Of a DNA stretch of 64,000 nt, positions 16,771 to 27,127 are shown piece by piece. The stretch covers positions 3,517 to 67,516 of the forward strand of contig JBKPEA010000003.1 in NCBI GenBank assembly GCA_046728175.1, in the 5' to 3' direction. This DNA comes from Thermodesulfobacteriota bacterium (lineage in GTDB: Bacteria > Desulfobacterota > Binatia > Binatales > Binataceae). The notes beneath the pieces were generated by a model that ran no database searches, was not told where the DNA came from, and saw only the letters and a list, made by a program, of their open reading frames with translations. Position numbers and translations under genes: made by a program. How positions within the stretch are numbered: position 1 is the first letter of the stretch; each line of letters begins with the position of its first letter.

Positions 16771-19700
16771 TGGACCGCTACTACTGGCGACCGGATATCG
16801 TCGACCAGATTCCCCTGGACGGCCACTGCGTCATTGAGGCCAGCGCCGGGACTGGCAAAACCTTCACCATCGAACACCTGGTGGTCGAGATTCTGCTCAA
16901 CTCGGACACCCGCCTCGACCAAATCCTGGCGGTGACCTTCACGGAGAAAGCGGCCGGCGAATTGCGCGCACGCATCCGCGCGGCGATCGAAAAACCGCTT
17001 CATACTGAAATGGAGGCGGATCCGGGAACACGGGTACCGCTCGATCTCGAGAAGGCGGGACGGCTGGAACGCGCGCTGTTTTCTTTCGAACGCGCGCCGA
17101 TTCACACGATCCATAGCTTCTGCCATCGGATGCTGGGCGATTTTGCGGTTCTAAGTGGCACGCGTCTGAAGCTCGAAGTTGCGGATGCGCGAACGATGTT
17201 CCACGAGGCGTTCCGCTCGGAGCTGCGCGAGCACTTCGCAGGAGACGAATGGATGGGCCCGCTGCTCGAGGAATGGCTCGCCGATGATCGCGGCAGCGAT
17301 CGGTTGGAGGCCCTCCTGTTTGATGCCAATCAGCGCCACTATCTCGATTCGGACGCGTCCGCGGGAAACTCGGTCGCGGCCGATGAACTCGTGGCAAGTT
17401 TCGACGATTCGAGGCTCCGGCACGAACTGCCCCCGACCCGCGCGAAAGGTGCATCGTACTCGGATCTCGAAACCATCGCCGAGGCGATCAAACGTTCGGG
17501 CCACGATACGTTGCGTCTGCGCCGCGAACTTGATGCCCAGGTGCTCGCGCGAATAGCGGCGTTGCAGCACTTGCCCGGTTTGTCGCCGGAGACCCGGCGA
17601 TTCCTCAACGCCGTTGGGCGGGTGGAGTTCGCCGTGCCCTTGGAAGCGCGCATCATCGATAATTTTCTTCCTGCGGTCGCGCGGCGGCTCGATCGCATCA
17701 AGCGCGAACGCGGTGTTATCGATTTCGGCGATATGCCGCGCTGGCTATGGTCTGCGCTCGAAGGACCCCAAGGTCCCCGGCTGGCGACGATTTTGCGCGA
17801 ACGATTCCACGTCGGGCTGGTCGATGAATTCCAGGATACCGACGATCTTCAATGGCGTATCTTTCGGAGGATATTCGTCGAAGGGGTCGGCACGCGGTTG
17901 CTGGTAGTTGGCGATCCGAAGCAAGCAATCTATGGTTTTCGCGATGCGGACGTTTTTACTTACCTCAAAGCGAAAACCGAGCTGCTGGAAAAGCACGGTG
18001 CCGCCTTCGTTCCATTGGTCAAGAACTTCCGCTCGACCGCCGAGGCGATAGATGCCGTCAATCTGATTTTCGCGCCCACTCCAGCGCCGGCCTTTTTTGT
18101 GGACGGCGACATCCGCTACGACCATCCGGTCTCGTGCGGCTTCTCTTCGACCGGTGCAGACCAGAGTCGATCGCCGATAAAACCGATCTCGATCTTCAGC
18201 CTGCCTGCGGGCGCGAAGCTTCCGGCGCGGCGTTATCGTGCAATGCTCGGCAGGAAAATCGCAGCGAGCTTGAAGAATCTGCTCGACGGAAACCCGCCGC
18301 CTGGGGGCACCCGCCAGACTTCGTCAGGCGCGCCTGACGTTTTCGTGCTGACCCGCACCCTGATGGAAAGCCGCGAGATGGCCGGGTACCTGCGCGATGC
18401 CGGCGTCCGGTACGCGTTCTACAAGCAGGATGGTCTATTCAAGACTCGTGAGGCAGGCCACATCCTCGACCTGCTGCGCGCCATCGCGGAGCCGCATCGG
18501 CGCTCGCATCGTCTCAAGGCCTGGTCGACACCGTTTTTCGACGTAGCGCTACGCGAACTGCCGGGTCTCGAGGAGGTCGCGCCTACCCATCCGCTGATGG
18601 CGCGATTGCTGCAATGGAAAGCGCTTGGCGACCAGAGGCGGTTCGCGGAGCTGTTCGGCGCAATGCTTCATGAGAGCGGCCTGGCGGCGCGTGAGTTGCT
18701 GCTCGTGGATTCCCACAGAGAGCTGACCAATTACGAGCATGTTTTCGAGATCCTTCTGGAGAGAGCTTTCTCTGCCACTCCCGACCTTTTCGACCTGATT
18801 CAGATGCTTGCGAGCTGGGTGGATGGAGATGATCTACCGCCCGGCGAAAGTCCCGGGGTTCAGCGGCTCGAAAGCGAGCGCGATGCTGTTCAAATAATGA
18901 CGGTGCACAAGGCTAAGGGCCTCGAGGCGGATATCGTGGTGCTGTTCGGAGGATATGCGCACGCGCCGCCGGAACGTGATCGGGTGTCGGTGTTCCACAC
19001 CGACGGCGAAAGAAAGGTGATTGCAGGTCAGTCTGCTCGAAATGCGGCGAAGGAGCAGCTTACAAATGAAGAAAGCGCTGAAAACGAACGGCTGCTCTAC
19101 GTCGCTCTGACTCGCGCGAGAAAGAGACTTTACCTGGCAATGTTTCCGCCAGGAGCGACTCTGCGCAACCTCGACGGCTATTACCGCAAGTTGAACGAGC
19201 GGCTTAACGTGCTCGCGGCCGATAAGGGCGAATCTGGCAGCGGGTTTGAGAAACTGGTCGAGATAGTTCCGCTGCGCATGGGCACGGCCCGACCAGCGCA
19301 AGCGGAGTTGGCGAACGCCAACGCCGCCGGCTTCGAGGCTTTGCCCGAGGGGTTACTAAGTGACGACCAGGATCATCAGCTGGCGCGATCGCTTCGCGAG
19401 ATCGTGGCTCGTCACCGCGCACTTTCTATCGATTCCTACACCTCCCTACAGCGACGGGCCACGCTCGCCGACCAGGCAGACCCATCGATTTTCAAATATG
19501 ACGTCGACCCCGCCGGGACGGAGCCTCCGCCGCGTGACGAGCTGGGCGGCGGGCGAGCGGTGGGAGTCTTTCTGCACGAAGTAATCGAACGGCTCGATCT
19601 GCGCGCGCTGGCCAATGCGCCCGACTTCGAGACCTGGATGGCGAGGACTGAGGTGCGGGAGACAATCGCCGCGAGTGCGCGCCGCCATCAGGTGTCGCAG

Positions 19701-20234
19701 GCCGAGCCGGGGCTCGCGCGTGGAGCACAGATTGTATTTAACGCGTTGCGCTCGCCGCTGGCGCTGGGCAACGAAATCGTTCCGGCGTTGGTGAATTGTG
19801 AAGGCACCCGCGAGATGGAGTTTACCTTTCCGATTCCGGACCGAGACCATCCGCTACTTGGTGCGGGGTGCGGCGGCGCCTGGACCATCGACCGCGGGTT
19901 GCTGGTCGGATTCGTTGACTTCGTCTTCCGGTTTCGCGATCGGACTTATTTTGCGGATTGGAAGAGTGACCTCCTGCCTTCCTATGATGCGGCGACCATC
20001 GCCGCACACGTGTCCGATCACTATTTGATTCAGGCACGCATCTACACGGTGGGAATTGTCCGCTTGTTGCGGATTCACGGCCCGAGCGAGTACGAAGAGC
20101 GGTTTGGCGGTCTGGTCTATGTTTTCCTGCGCGGCGTTAAGCCGAATGGCGACGGCCGCGCGGGGGCCTATTTTCATCGGCCGAGCTGGGAGGAGATCGT
20201 CGGCTATGAGCGCGATCTGATGACGGCGGGGTAG
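16770..20234 (+). CDS. recB: exodeoxyribonuclease V beta subunit (UvrD-type helicase plus PD-(D/E)xK nuclease)
   Basis: Walker A ASAGTGKTFT, helicase motifs (VDEFQDTD, TVHKAKGLE) and a C-terminal nuclease region (GFVDFVF...ADWKSD). TGATG overlap with recC; a GTG at 16767 is an alternative start. Confidence 0.9.
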   Translation: MDRYYWRPDIVDQIPLDGHCVIEASAGTGKTFTIEHLVVEILLNSDTRLDQILAVTFTEKAAGELRARIRAAIEKPLHTEMEADPGTRVPLDLEKAGRLERALFSFERAPIHTIHSFCHRMLGDFAVLSGTRLKLEVADARTMFHEAFRSELREHFAGDEWMGPLLEEWLADDRGSDRLEALLFDANQRHYLDSDASAGNSVAADELVASFDDSRLRHELPPTRAKGASYSDLETIAEAIKRSGHDTLRLRRELDAQVLARIAALQHLPGLSPETRRFLNAVGRVEFAVPLEARIIDNFLPAVARRLDRIKRERGVIDFGDMPRWLWSALEGPQGPRLATILRERFHVGLVDEFQDTDDLQWRIFRRIFVEGVGTRLLVVGDPKQAIYGFRDADVFTYLKAKTELLEKHGAAFVPLVKNFRSTAEAIDAVNLIFAPTPAPAFFVDGDIRYDHPVSCGFSSTGADQSRSPIKPISIFSLPAGAKLPARRYRAMLGRKIAASLKNLLDGNPPPGGTRQTSSGAPDVFVLTRTLMESREMAGYLRDAGVRYAFYKQDGLFKTREAGHILDLLRAIAEPHRRSHRLKAWSTPFFDVALRELPGLEEVAPTHPLMARLLQWKALGDQRRFAELFGAMLHESGLAARELLLVDSHRELTNYEHVFEILLERAFSATPDLFDLIQMLASWVDGDDLPPGESPGVQRLESERDAVQIMTVHKAKGLEADIVVLFGGYAHAPPERDRVSVFHTDGERKVIAGQSARNAAKEQLTNEESAENERLLYVALTRARKRLYLAMFPPGATLRNLDGYYRKLNERLNVLAADKGESGSGFEKLVEIVPLRMGTARPAQAELANANAAGFEALPEGLLSDDQDHQLARSLREIVARHRALSIDSYTSLQRRATLADQADPSIFKYDVDPAGTEPPPRDELGGGRAVGVFLHEVIERLDLRALANAPDFETWMARTEVRETIAASARRHQVSQAEPGLARGAQIVFNALRSPLALGNEIVPALVNCEGTREMEFTFPIPDRDHPLLGAGCGGAWTIDRGLLVGFVDFVFRFRDRTYFADWKSDLLPSYDAATIAAHVSDHYLIQARIYTVGIVRLLRIHGPSEYEERFGGLVYVFLRGVKPNGDGRAGAYFHRPSWEEIVGYERDLMTAG

Positions 20235-20241
20235 CTTTGGC

Positions 20242-22341
20242 GTGGATGGGGCGCACGACAAATACCAGCGACTGGCCTTGCGCGGCGCGTGGCGCCGATT
20301 TGAGATTTCTGGCGGGGGGCGAACCGGTGAACTCGAAAACCGGCTGCGTGGGCTGGAGGAAAAGGTTGGAGACCTCAACCTCGAGCGCGACACGGTTCAT
20401 CTGGCGGCGGAATTAGCGGCGCTGGAGCCGAATCTGGACGATGACGCGCGCTTCGCGTTGATCGTCTTGACCATCGTGACGCTGGCCGCACTCGCTCAGG
20501 GCAGTACCCGTTTTCCGGTCACCGGCGAGATCTCTCGCGAGCCGATGCATCACATGCTCGGTGCCCTGATCGGGACCGACGCCGCCGCAAGCGAGAACAT
20601 TCGTCGTTCGATACAAGACCTGCTTCTCAACCGGCGGGTCGCCAAAGTAATCGGCGGTAGGGAACTGGATCGGACGCCCTTGCTGTTTCTTGAGCCGTTC
20701 ATTTCACACGCGAGGTCACGCGCCCTCGAAAGGCGGCTGGTGGACGGTATCACGGCGCGGCGAAAACGCGCGGAGCCTTTCGAGGCGGCGTGCATCCAGC
20801 GCGCACTAGATGATGTCATCGAACGACCGGCCTTCGCCAGCGACGCGTGTATCGAACTCTCCACCGAGCAGCTAAGCGCGGTCCGAACCGCGGTTGGCTC
20901 TCCGCTGGCGCTGATTTCGGGGGGGCCCGGGACCGGTAAGACGTCGATCGTGGTAGCGATCCTTCGGGTACTCGCGCGGCTTAAAGTGCCGCCCCGCGAA
21001 ATTACGCTCGCCGCGCCCACCGGGCGCGCAGCGTTCCGCCTGCGCGATGCGGTGACCGCGTCGCTGGTGCGGATTGCCACACCATCGGCAGAAGATGGGC
21101 AGCTTTTGGTGGCGGCCCTCGATGCCGTGACGGTTCATCGGCTGCTCGGCTATTCCCCCGATCGCGGGATATTTCTTCACCATCGCAACAATCCGATCGC
21201 GGCGCGCGCGGTGATCGTTGACGAAGCTTCGATGCTCGACCTCGCGATGATGGAACGCCTGGTCGGAGCAGTAGGAGCCGAGGCGCAACTCGTATTTCTG
21301 GGCGACGTTGATCAATTGCCGTCGGTTTCCGCGGGTGCGGCGTTCCGCGATCTGGTCCCGCTGGATCGCGTCCATCCGCTCTCCAACTCAAGCGTACGGC
21401 TGACGCGCAACTATCGAACCCCGAGCAGTAGTCCGAGCGGCGTTGCGATCGTCGAGGTATGTCGGCGCATCAACGCGGGCGACCGGACGCTGGCATCGGG
21501 GGCTGATTCGGCGGGAAGACACGCGCCACAGGTGCGATCGAAAGTTGACGAGATTGAATTCAAAGGCGTGGAGCTGTTGTCTACTCCGCCTTGGGGGCTA
21601 GATGAGTTTTTGGATCGATGGGAGCGCGAGCAGGTCGTTGGGGAGGCCGCAATCGATTCCCTAGTCAACCGTGAGTATGCGATCAGCGACGCAACCGTTT
21701 CCGAGGAGGATCGCAGGAGCCTGACGCGGTTATGCGACTACCGGGCCAGAACCAGGATCTTGTGTGCGACGCGTGTGGGGTTGTCGGGCTCGGATGCGAT
21801 CAACGCGCGCATGCATCGCCGGTTTTTGCACGACCGAGCGGGACGAAGGATACGCGTAGCACCGATGATCGCAGGGGACCCGGTAATCGTCGTGCGCAAT
21901 GACTACGACCGGTCGCTGTTCAACGGCGATCAGGGTGTGGTTGTCAATGCGCTCGATTCCGACGGAGGGCGGTACGCTGCGGTGCTCTTTGTTAGGGAGG
22001 CCGATTTTGCAGTGTTTCGCCTCGATATGCTAGGCGACCTGCTCGAACTGGGTTATGCGACGACCGTACATAAGGCGCAGGGCTCCGAGTTCGATATTGC
22101 CGCCGTCATGCTTCCCGAGCGCGATCTGCCTGTGCTTACGCGCGAACTGCTCTACACGGCCGTGAGCCGATGCCGCAGCGGGGTGGTTATTGTGGGCGAG
22201 CCCAGCCTGCTGGTGGCCAGCATCGCGCGAAAGGCGGAAAGATATTCTGGTGTTGCGGCCGAGTTAGCAGCGCGGTTTTCGCCTGCGGGTCCGCAGCAGC
22301 TGGAATTGCCTCTACCTGGTTCTCGTTCCCGCGATCCATAG
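20242..22341 (+). CDS. recD: exodeoxyribonuclease V alpha subunit
   Basis: Walker A SGGPGTGKTS, Walker B VIVDEASMLD and a C-terminal TVHKAQGSEF motif. Third gene of the recCBD operon. GTG start; the N-terminal extent is uncertain. Confidence 0.85.
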   Translation: MDGAHDKYQRLALRGAWRRFEISGGGRTGELENRLRGLEEKVGDLNLERDTVHLAAELAALEPNLDDDARFALIVLTIVTLAALAQGSTRFPVTGEISREPMHHMLGALIGTDAAASENIRRSIQDLLLNRRVAKVIGGRELDRTPLLFLEPFISHARSRALERRLVDGITARRKRAEPFEAACIQRALDDVIERPAFASDACIELSTEQLSAVRTAVGSPLALISGGPGTGKTSIVVAILRVLARLKVPPREITLAAPTGRAAFRLRDAVTASLVRIATPSAEDGQLLVAALDAVTVHRLLGYSPDRGIFLHHRNNPIAARAVIVDEASMLDLAMMERLVGAVGAEAQLVFLGDVDQLPSVSAGAAFRDLVPLDRVHPLSNSSVRLTRNYRTPSSSPSGVAIVEVCRRINAGDRTLASGADSAGRHAPQVRSKVDEIEFKGVELLSTPPWGLDEFLDRWEREQVVGEAAIDSLVNREYAISDATVSEEDRRSLTRLCDYRARTRILCATRVGLSGSDAINARMHRRFLHDRAGRRIRVAPMIAGDPVIVVRNDYDRSLFNGDQGVVVNALDSDGGRYAAVLFVREADFAVFRLDMLGDLLELGYATTVHKAQGSEFDIAAVMLPERDLPVLTRELLYTAVSRCRSGVVIVGEPSLLVASIARKAERYSGVAAELAARFSPAGPQQLELPLPGSRSRDP

Positions 22342-22403
22342 GCCTCGGGCTGGCGTCCTGGTTTTCAGAACTGACTGAGCGGACAGCTAGGCTGGTGACC
22401 ATC

Positions 22404-23394
22404 TCAGACCGCCTTTATCCAAGGCAGGTTCGACGCGGCGATCATTTCGGCGAGCGTGGCTGGGTCCTGGTGGTATTTTCGCGGTGCCGCTTTCACATCG
22501 AGCTCTGCAGCGATTTCGTCGATCGCATCCGGGCAGTAGGCATATTCGCGTATGCGGGCGATTGCTCGATCTTGTTCTTCAAAACGATTCACCCCCGCCA
22601 ACACTTGCTCGGAGCCCTGTTCATCCCAGGTAATGACAATCCACTCGCCGTGATAGAGGAGCGCCTCGGACCTGAACGAGGGGTGCGAAAGCCATGCACG
22701 GACCCAAATCATCTTCTTGCCGCGCTCGCCGCCCACCCCAGGCACGTCGAGGGTCGCGTTCCCCAGCAACAGGTCCGTCATTCCGTCAACGTCACGCGCA
22801 TTGAATGCCGCAACCACCCGATCGATTAATTCCTTTGACGGGGCGCGCAGCGAGGCATGGCTTTCGTGTGACGTCTCCTGCAGGTTTATGCGTCCACGAT
22901 GAAGCGCTGACTTGACCGCCCCCCACGGTGGTCGACAACAGCACGGCAATCTCTTCGGCGGTAAAATCGAAAATGTCCTCGAGCACGATGGCCGCGCGCT
23001 GCTGCGGCGAGGCCTGAGTAAGCAGCTTCGAAACCGCTTCGCGCGTTGAGACTGCCTGCTCCGGCGTGGGTGAGGGCGCGGGAACAGCCGGCTGGCCAAA
23101 GCTGACTTCATTGCGGCGAAGCTGGTCAATCCAGAGATTGGTCGCGACTCGGAATAGGTAAGCGCGCGTGTCTTTCACCCGGCTGCTGTCGCCATAGAGA
23201 TCGCCCCGCCCTATGGCACCGAAACCTCGAAGCAAGGTTTCCTGTAGCAGGTCTTCCGCTTCCCACACCTCGCCCGTGAGGCGGCGACAATACCGATACA
23301 GGGCCGGGCGAACCGGCTCGATCGTGTCGACATATGTGAACCAAGCGGTTCGCAGTTGCTGGGCCATCTCGTCGGATGCAGGCTGGTGGCTCAT
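22404..23394 (-). pseudogene. ECF sigma factor of the SigJ/ECF41-like type (sigma2-sigma4 plus a C-terminal SnoaL/NTF2-like domain), interrupted by a +1 frameshift in a 6-nt G/C run
   Basis: The ORF from ATG 23394 encodes regions 2 and 4 up to AEEIAVLLSTTVG, then goes out of frame. ORF 22404-23129 resumes AVKSALHRGRINLQE (the region 4.2 helix) and continues through an NTF2-like domain. The junction is the C-run 22919-22924. The 991-nt span is 3n+1. Confidence 0.75.
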
Positions 23395-23798
23395 TATGCG
23401 AGTCCTCCAGAAAATAGGACGGCGGGGTCCCCCGAAAAGATAGCGGGCTCTGAGCGATCTCGGGTTCCGAGGGTCGGAGTTACGGACCGGCCCTAAACCT
23501 CCTGTCTCTTGAGGCGCGGCCATGCGATTTTGCCCGCGGTTTCAGAAGAGACCCCGAGGCAGCCCGAGGGTCGAGCTTTCCGCGGGCTCGACACGTGCCT
23601 GAAACCTCGATGACACAGGAGCGTCATCGCCTTCTAGTATATAGGCAATTGCATCCGGTATGGGCCCCGTCCAGAGCGGCTCAATTTCAGGACTGGCGGC
23701 CAATTCGCGGTATCGAGCGAGGCCTTGTATTGTCGACAGCGATCAGTGGCATCGGCTTGCATCCTGTATTTTAAGCGATCACAGCCTCCACTAATGAG

Positions 23799-25874
23799 GT
23801 GACAGCCGTGGCGAACTCACAGATCGATCAGTTGTGCATCAATACGATCCGCACTCTGTCCATCGATGCGGTCCAGCAGGCCAACTCCGGTCATCCGGGA
23901 ACCCCGATGGGAATGGCGCCCTTGGTCTATTGCCTTTGGCAGCGTTTCCTGCGGTTCGATCCGAAGGATCCGATCTGGCCTAACCGGGACAGATTTGTGC
24001 TATCTGCCGGGCATGCGTCGATGCTGCTCTACTCGATGCTGCATCTGGCGGGAGTGGTCGCGGTCGACCCGCAATACGAGATAGTAGGCAGACCGACCGT
24101 CTCGCTCGATGACATCAAACATTTTCGCCAGCTCGACAGCCGTTGCCCTGGTCATCCGGAGTATCACTGGACTTCCGGCATCGAGACGACCACCGGGCCC
24201 CTGGGGCAGGGCGTCGCGACCAGCGTCGGGATGGCGATCGCCGGGCTCTGGCAAGCGAATCATTTCAACCGCCCCGATTTCGAGATGTTCAACTACAACG
24301 TCTACTCGCTATGCGGCGATGGTTGCATGATGGAGGGCGTCTCGAATGAGGCCGCGTCGCTGGCCGGCCATTTAAAGCTTCCCAACCTGTGCTGGATCTA
24401 CGACAACAACCACGTAACCATCGAAGGCCACACCGATCTCGCCTTCAGCGACGATGTTGCGACACGCTTCATCGGCTACGGATGGAACGTCACGCGCGTC
24501 GGCGACGCGAACGACCTCGAAATGCTCGAACGCGCGCTCCGCGTATTTCTGGACACCAACGACCGCCCGACCCTGATCATCGTCGACAGCCATATCGGAT
24601 ACGGGTCACCGCACAAGCAGGATACGAGCGCCGCCCACGGAGAGCCGCTCGGAGAAGAGGAAATCAAGCTGGTCAAGCGCAACTACGGATGGCCGGAGGA
24701 TGCGAAATTCCTGGTGCCGGACGGAGTACGCCAGAACTTTGATGCGAACGTTGGCAAGCGCGGTCATCAGTGCAGCTCCGAGTGGAAGGGCAAGCTTGCG
24801 CAGTACGCAACCAAGTTCCCCGACCTGGCCGAGCATATTCATCGGATGCAGCGGCGCGAGCTGCCCGATGGATGGGACAAGGAAATTCCGAGTTTTCCCC
24901 CGGACTCGAAGGGGATCGCGAGCCGCGACTCCTCGGGCACGGTCCTCAACGCAATCGCGAAGAATGTGCCTTGGGTGATGGGTGGCGCCGCCGACCTCTC
25001 GCCCTCCACCAAAACGCGGCTTACCTTCGCGGGGGTCGGCGATTTCAATGCCACCAACCGTAGCGGTCGAAATTTTCATTTCGGAATCCGCGAGCACGCG
25101 ATGGGCGCGGTACTCAACGGGATGGCGCTGAGCAAGATCCGTCCCTTCGGTAGCGGCTTTCTGATCTTCAGCGACTATTGCAAGCCCGCAATTCGCCTCG
25201 CCGCGATAATGGAAGTGCCAGTCATCTATGTGTTCACGCACGATTCGATTGGGGTCGGCGAAGACGGCCCGACCCATCAACCGATCGAACAGATCATAGG
25301 ACTGCGCGCGATCCCGAACCTGATCGTGCTGCGGCCCTGCGATGCAAACGAGGTGGCTGAGGCATGGCGGGTGGTCATGCAATTGCAACACGAGCCCGCT
25401 TGCCTGATCTTGAGCCGCCAGGCACTGCCGACGCTCGATCGGACGAAATATGCGCCCGCCAGCGGTGTGGCCAAAGGCGCTTACGTCCTGGCTGACGCTG
25501 CCGGCGGCAAGCCCGAGGTGATCCTGCTGTCAACCGGAAGTGAAGTTTCACTCTGCGTCGAGGCATTCGAGAAGCTCAAGGTGGACGGAGTTCGCGCCCG
25601 GGTGGTGAGTATGCCGTCGTGGGAGCTCTTCGAACGGCAGCCGGAAACCTATCGCTCGCAGGTGCTGCCACCCGAGGTGCGGGCGCGGGTGTCGGTCGAG
25701 CAGGCATCGCTCGTAGGATGGTCCTATTATATTGGCGCGGGTGCACATGGAATCGGAATGCACACCTTCGGTGCGTCCGCGCCGTTAAAGGCGTTGCTGA
25801 AAAAATTCGGCTTCACTCCCGAGAAGGTCGTAGAAGCCGCCAAGGAAGCCATCGCCAGGAACGGGAGGATTTGA
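23799..25874 (+). CDS. tkt: transketolase
   Basis: QANSGHPGTPMGMAP ThDP motif, GDGCMMEG, and typical length (691 aa). Confidence 0.95.
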   Translation: MTAVANSQIDQLCINTIRTLSIDAVQQANSGHPGTPMGMAPLVYCLWQRFLRFDPKDPIWPNRDRFVLSAGHASMLLYSMLHLAGVVAVDPQYEIVGRPTVSLDDIKHFRQLDSRCPGHPEYHWTSGIETTTGPLGQGVATSVGMAIAGLWQANHFNRPDFEMFNYNVYSLCGDGCMMEGVSNEAASLAGHLKLPNLCWIYDNNHVTIEGHTDLAFSDDVATRFIGYGWNVTRVGDANDLEMLERALRVFLDTNDRPTLIIVDSHIGYGSPHKQDTSAAHGEPLGEEEIKLVKRNYGWPEDAKFLVPDGVRQNFDANVGKRGHQCSSEWKGKLAQYATKFPDLAEHIHRMQRRELPDGWDKEIPSFPPDSKGIASRDSSGTVLNAIAKNVPWVMGGAADLSPSTKTRLTFAGVGDFNATNRSGRNFHFGIREHAMGAVLNGMALSKIRPFGSGFLIFSDYCKPAIRLAAIMEVPVIYVFTHDSIGVGEDGPTHQPIEQIIGLRAIPNLIVLRPCDANEVAEAWRVVMQLQHEPACLILSRQALPTLDRTKYAPASGVAKGAYVLADAAGGKPEVILLSTGSEVSLCVEAFEKLKVDGVRARVVSMPSWELFERQPETYRSQVLPPEVRARVSVEQASLVGWSYYIGAGAHGIGMHTFGASAPLKALLKKFGFTPEKVVEAAKEAIARNGRI

Positions 25875-25935
25875 GAAGCCTCCAACGCGACGGCAGTCGA
25901 ACACTAACTCCTGGAGCGGTTAAGGAGAGACACCA

Positions 25936-26952
25936 ATGCAGATGGGCATGATTGGCCTCGGCCGAATGGGCGCGAACATGGTACGACGGCTGCTCAAGGG
26001 CGGTCACGAATGCATCGCGTTCGACATGAACAAGAGCGTAGTTGCGGAATTGGTCAAGGAGGGTGCGGTCGGCGCCGCATCACTCGATGAGTTGACCAGT
26101 AAGCTCAAAAAGCCGCGCGTCACATGGATGATGGTTCCGGCCGGGGTGGTGGAAGAGACCTTGGCGGACCTGAACAAACGCTTTGAGAAAGACGACATCA
26201 TCGTCGATGGCGGCAACTCCTACTACATCGACGACCTGCGCCGCGCGAAGATGCTGCGGACCAAGGGCATTCACTATGTCGATTCCGGCACCAGCGGTGG
26301 AGTGTGGGGACTCGAACGCGGTTATTGCCAGATGATCGGTGGCGAGCCCGACGTGGTGAAGCATCTCGATCCGCTGTTCAGCACACTGGCACCGCCGTTC
26401 GACTCGGCACCGCGCACGCCGGGCCGCGAAAAGTCGAAGCCGACCACCGCGGAACACGGCTACCTGCATTGCGGCGGCAATGGCGCGGGCCATTTCGTAA
26501 AGATGGTCCACAACGGAATCGAATATGGCATCATGGCTGCATACGCGGAGGGGCTGAACGTCCTCCATCACGCCAACGTCGGCAAGCTTAAGCAGGCGGC
26601 TGACGCGGAAACGACCCCGCTGCGCGACCCCGAGCACTATCAATACGATCTCAACCTGACCGAGATTGCCGAAGTATGGCGGCGCGGAAGCGTGATCGCA
26701 TCGTGGTTACTCGACCTTACGGCGCAGGCGTTGCTTGATGATCCCAAGCTTGAGAAGTTTGCCGGACGGGTTTCAGATTCGGGCGAAGGGCGCTGGACGG
26801 TGGATGCCGCAATCGATGAGGGCGTGCCGGCCTACGTTCTGAGCGCGGCGTTGTATGAGCGCTTCAGCTCGCGCGGCGCAGCTGACTTTGCGGACAAGCT
26901 GCTCTCGGCGATGCGCTATGAATTCGGCGGGCATTTGGAGAAGTCGAAGTAG
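25936..26952 (+). CDS. gnd: 6-phosphogluconate dehydrogenase, decarboxylating (short, Gnd-like form)
   Basis: Rossmann N-terminus MIGLGRMGANMVRRL, GGNSYY, and SGTSGGVWGLERGYCQMIGG. Confidence 0.85.
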   Translation: MQMGMIGLGRMGANMVRRLLKGGHECIAFDMNKSVVAELVKEGAVGAASLDELTSKLKKPRVTWMMVPAGVVEETLADLNKRFEKDDIIVDGGNSYYIDDLRRAKMLRTKGIHYVDSGTSGGVWGLERGYCQMIGGEPDVVKHLDPLFSTLAPPFDSAPRTPGREKSKPTTAEHGYLHCGGNGAGHFVKMVHNGIEYGIMAAYAEGLNVLHHANVGKLKQAADAETTPLRDPEHYQYDLNLTEIAEVWRRGSVIASWLLDLTAQALLDDPKLEKFAGRVSDSGEGRWTVDAAIDEGVPAYVLSAALYERFSSRGAADFADKLLSAMRYEFGGHLEKSK

Positions 26953-26993
26953 GTAGTGGCCGCTGCTCTGGCCAACCAGGTACATCGACCTGA

Positions 26994-27017
26994 CCTCTTA
27001 CCGAAACGGGCAAGAGG
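26994..27017 (+). terminator. hairpin after gnd (cctctt...aagagg with an inner ccg-aaa-cgg)
   Basis: A 6-bp outer stem plus an inner stem, located 40 nt after the gnd stop. No U-tract. Confidence 0.25.
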
Positions 27018-27127
27018 CCGGGGAGCTTTGGATTCCTACGCTTCCGGTTCGCCTCTCTTTTGACGGAAGACAGCAGCGGTCAGTTGATTGCAAAGAACCG
27101 TGATGCAACGGGAATAGGGAAAGACGC

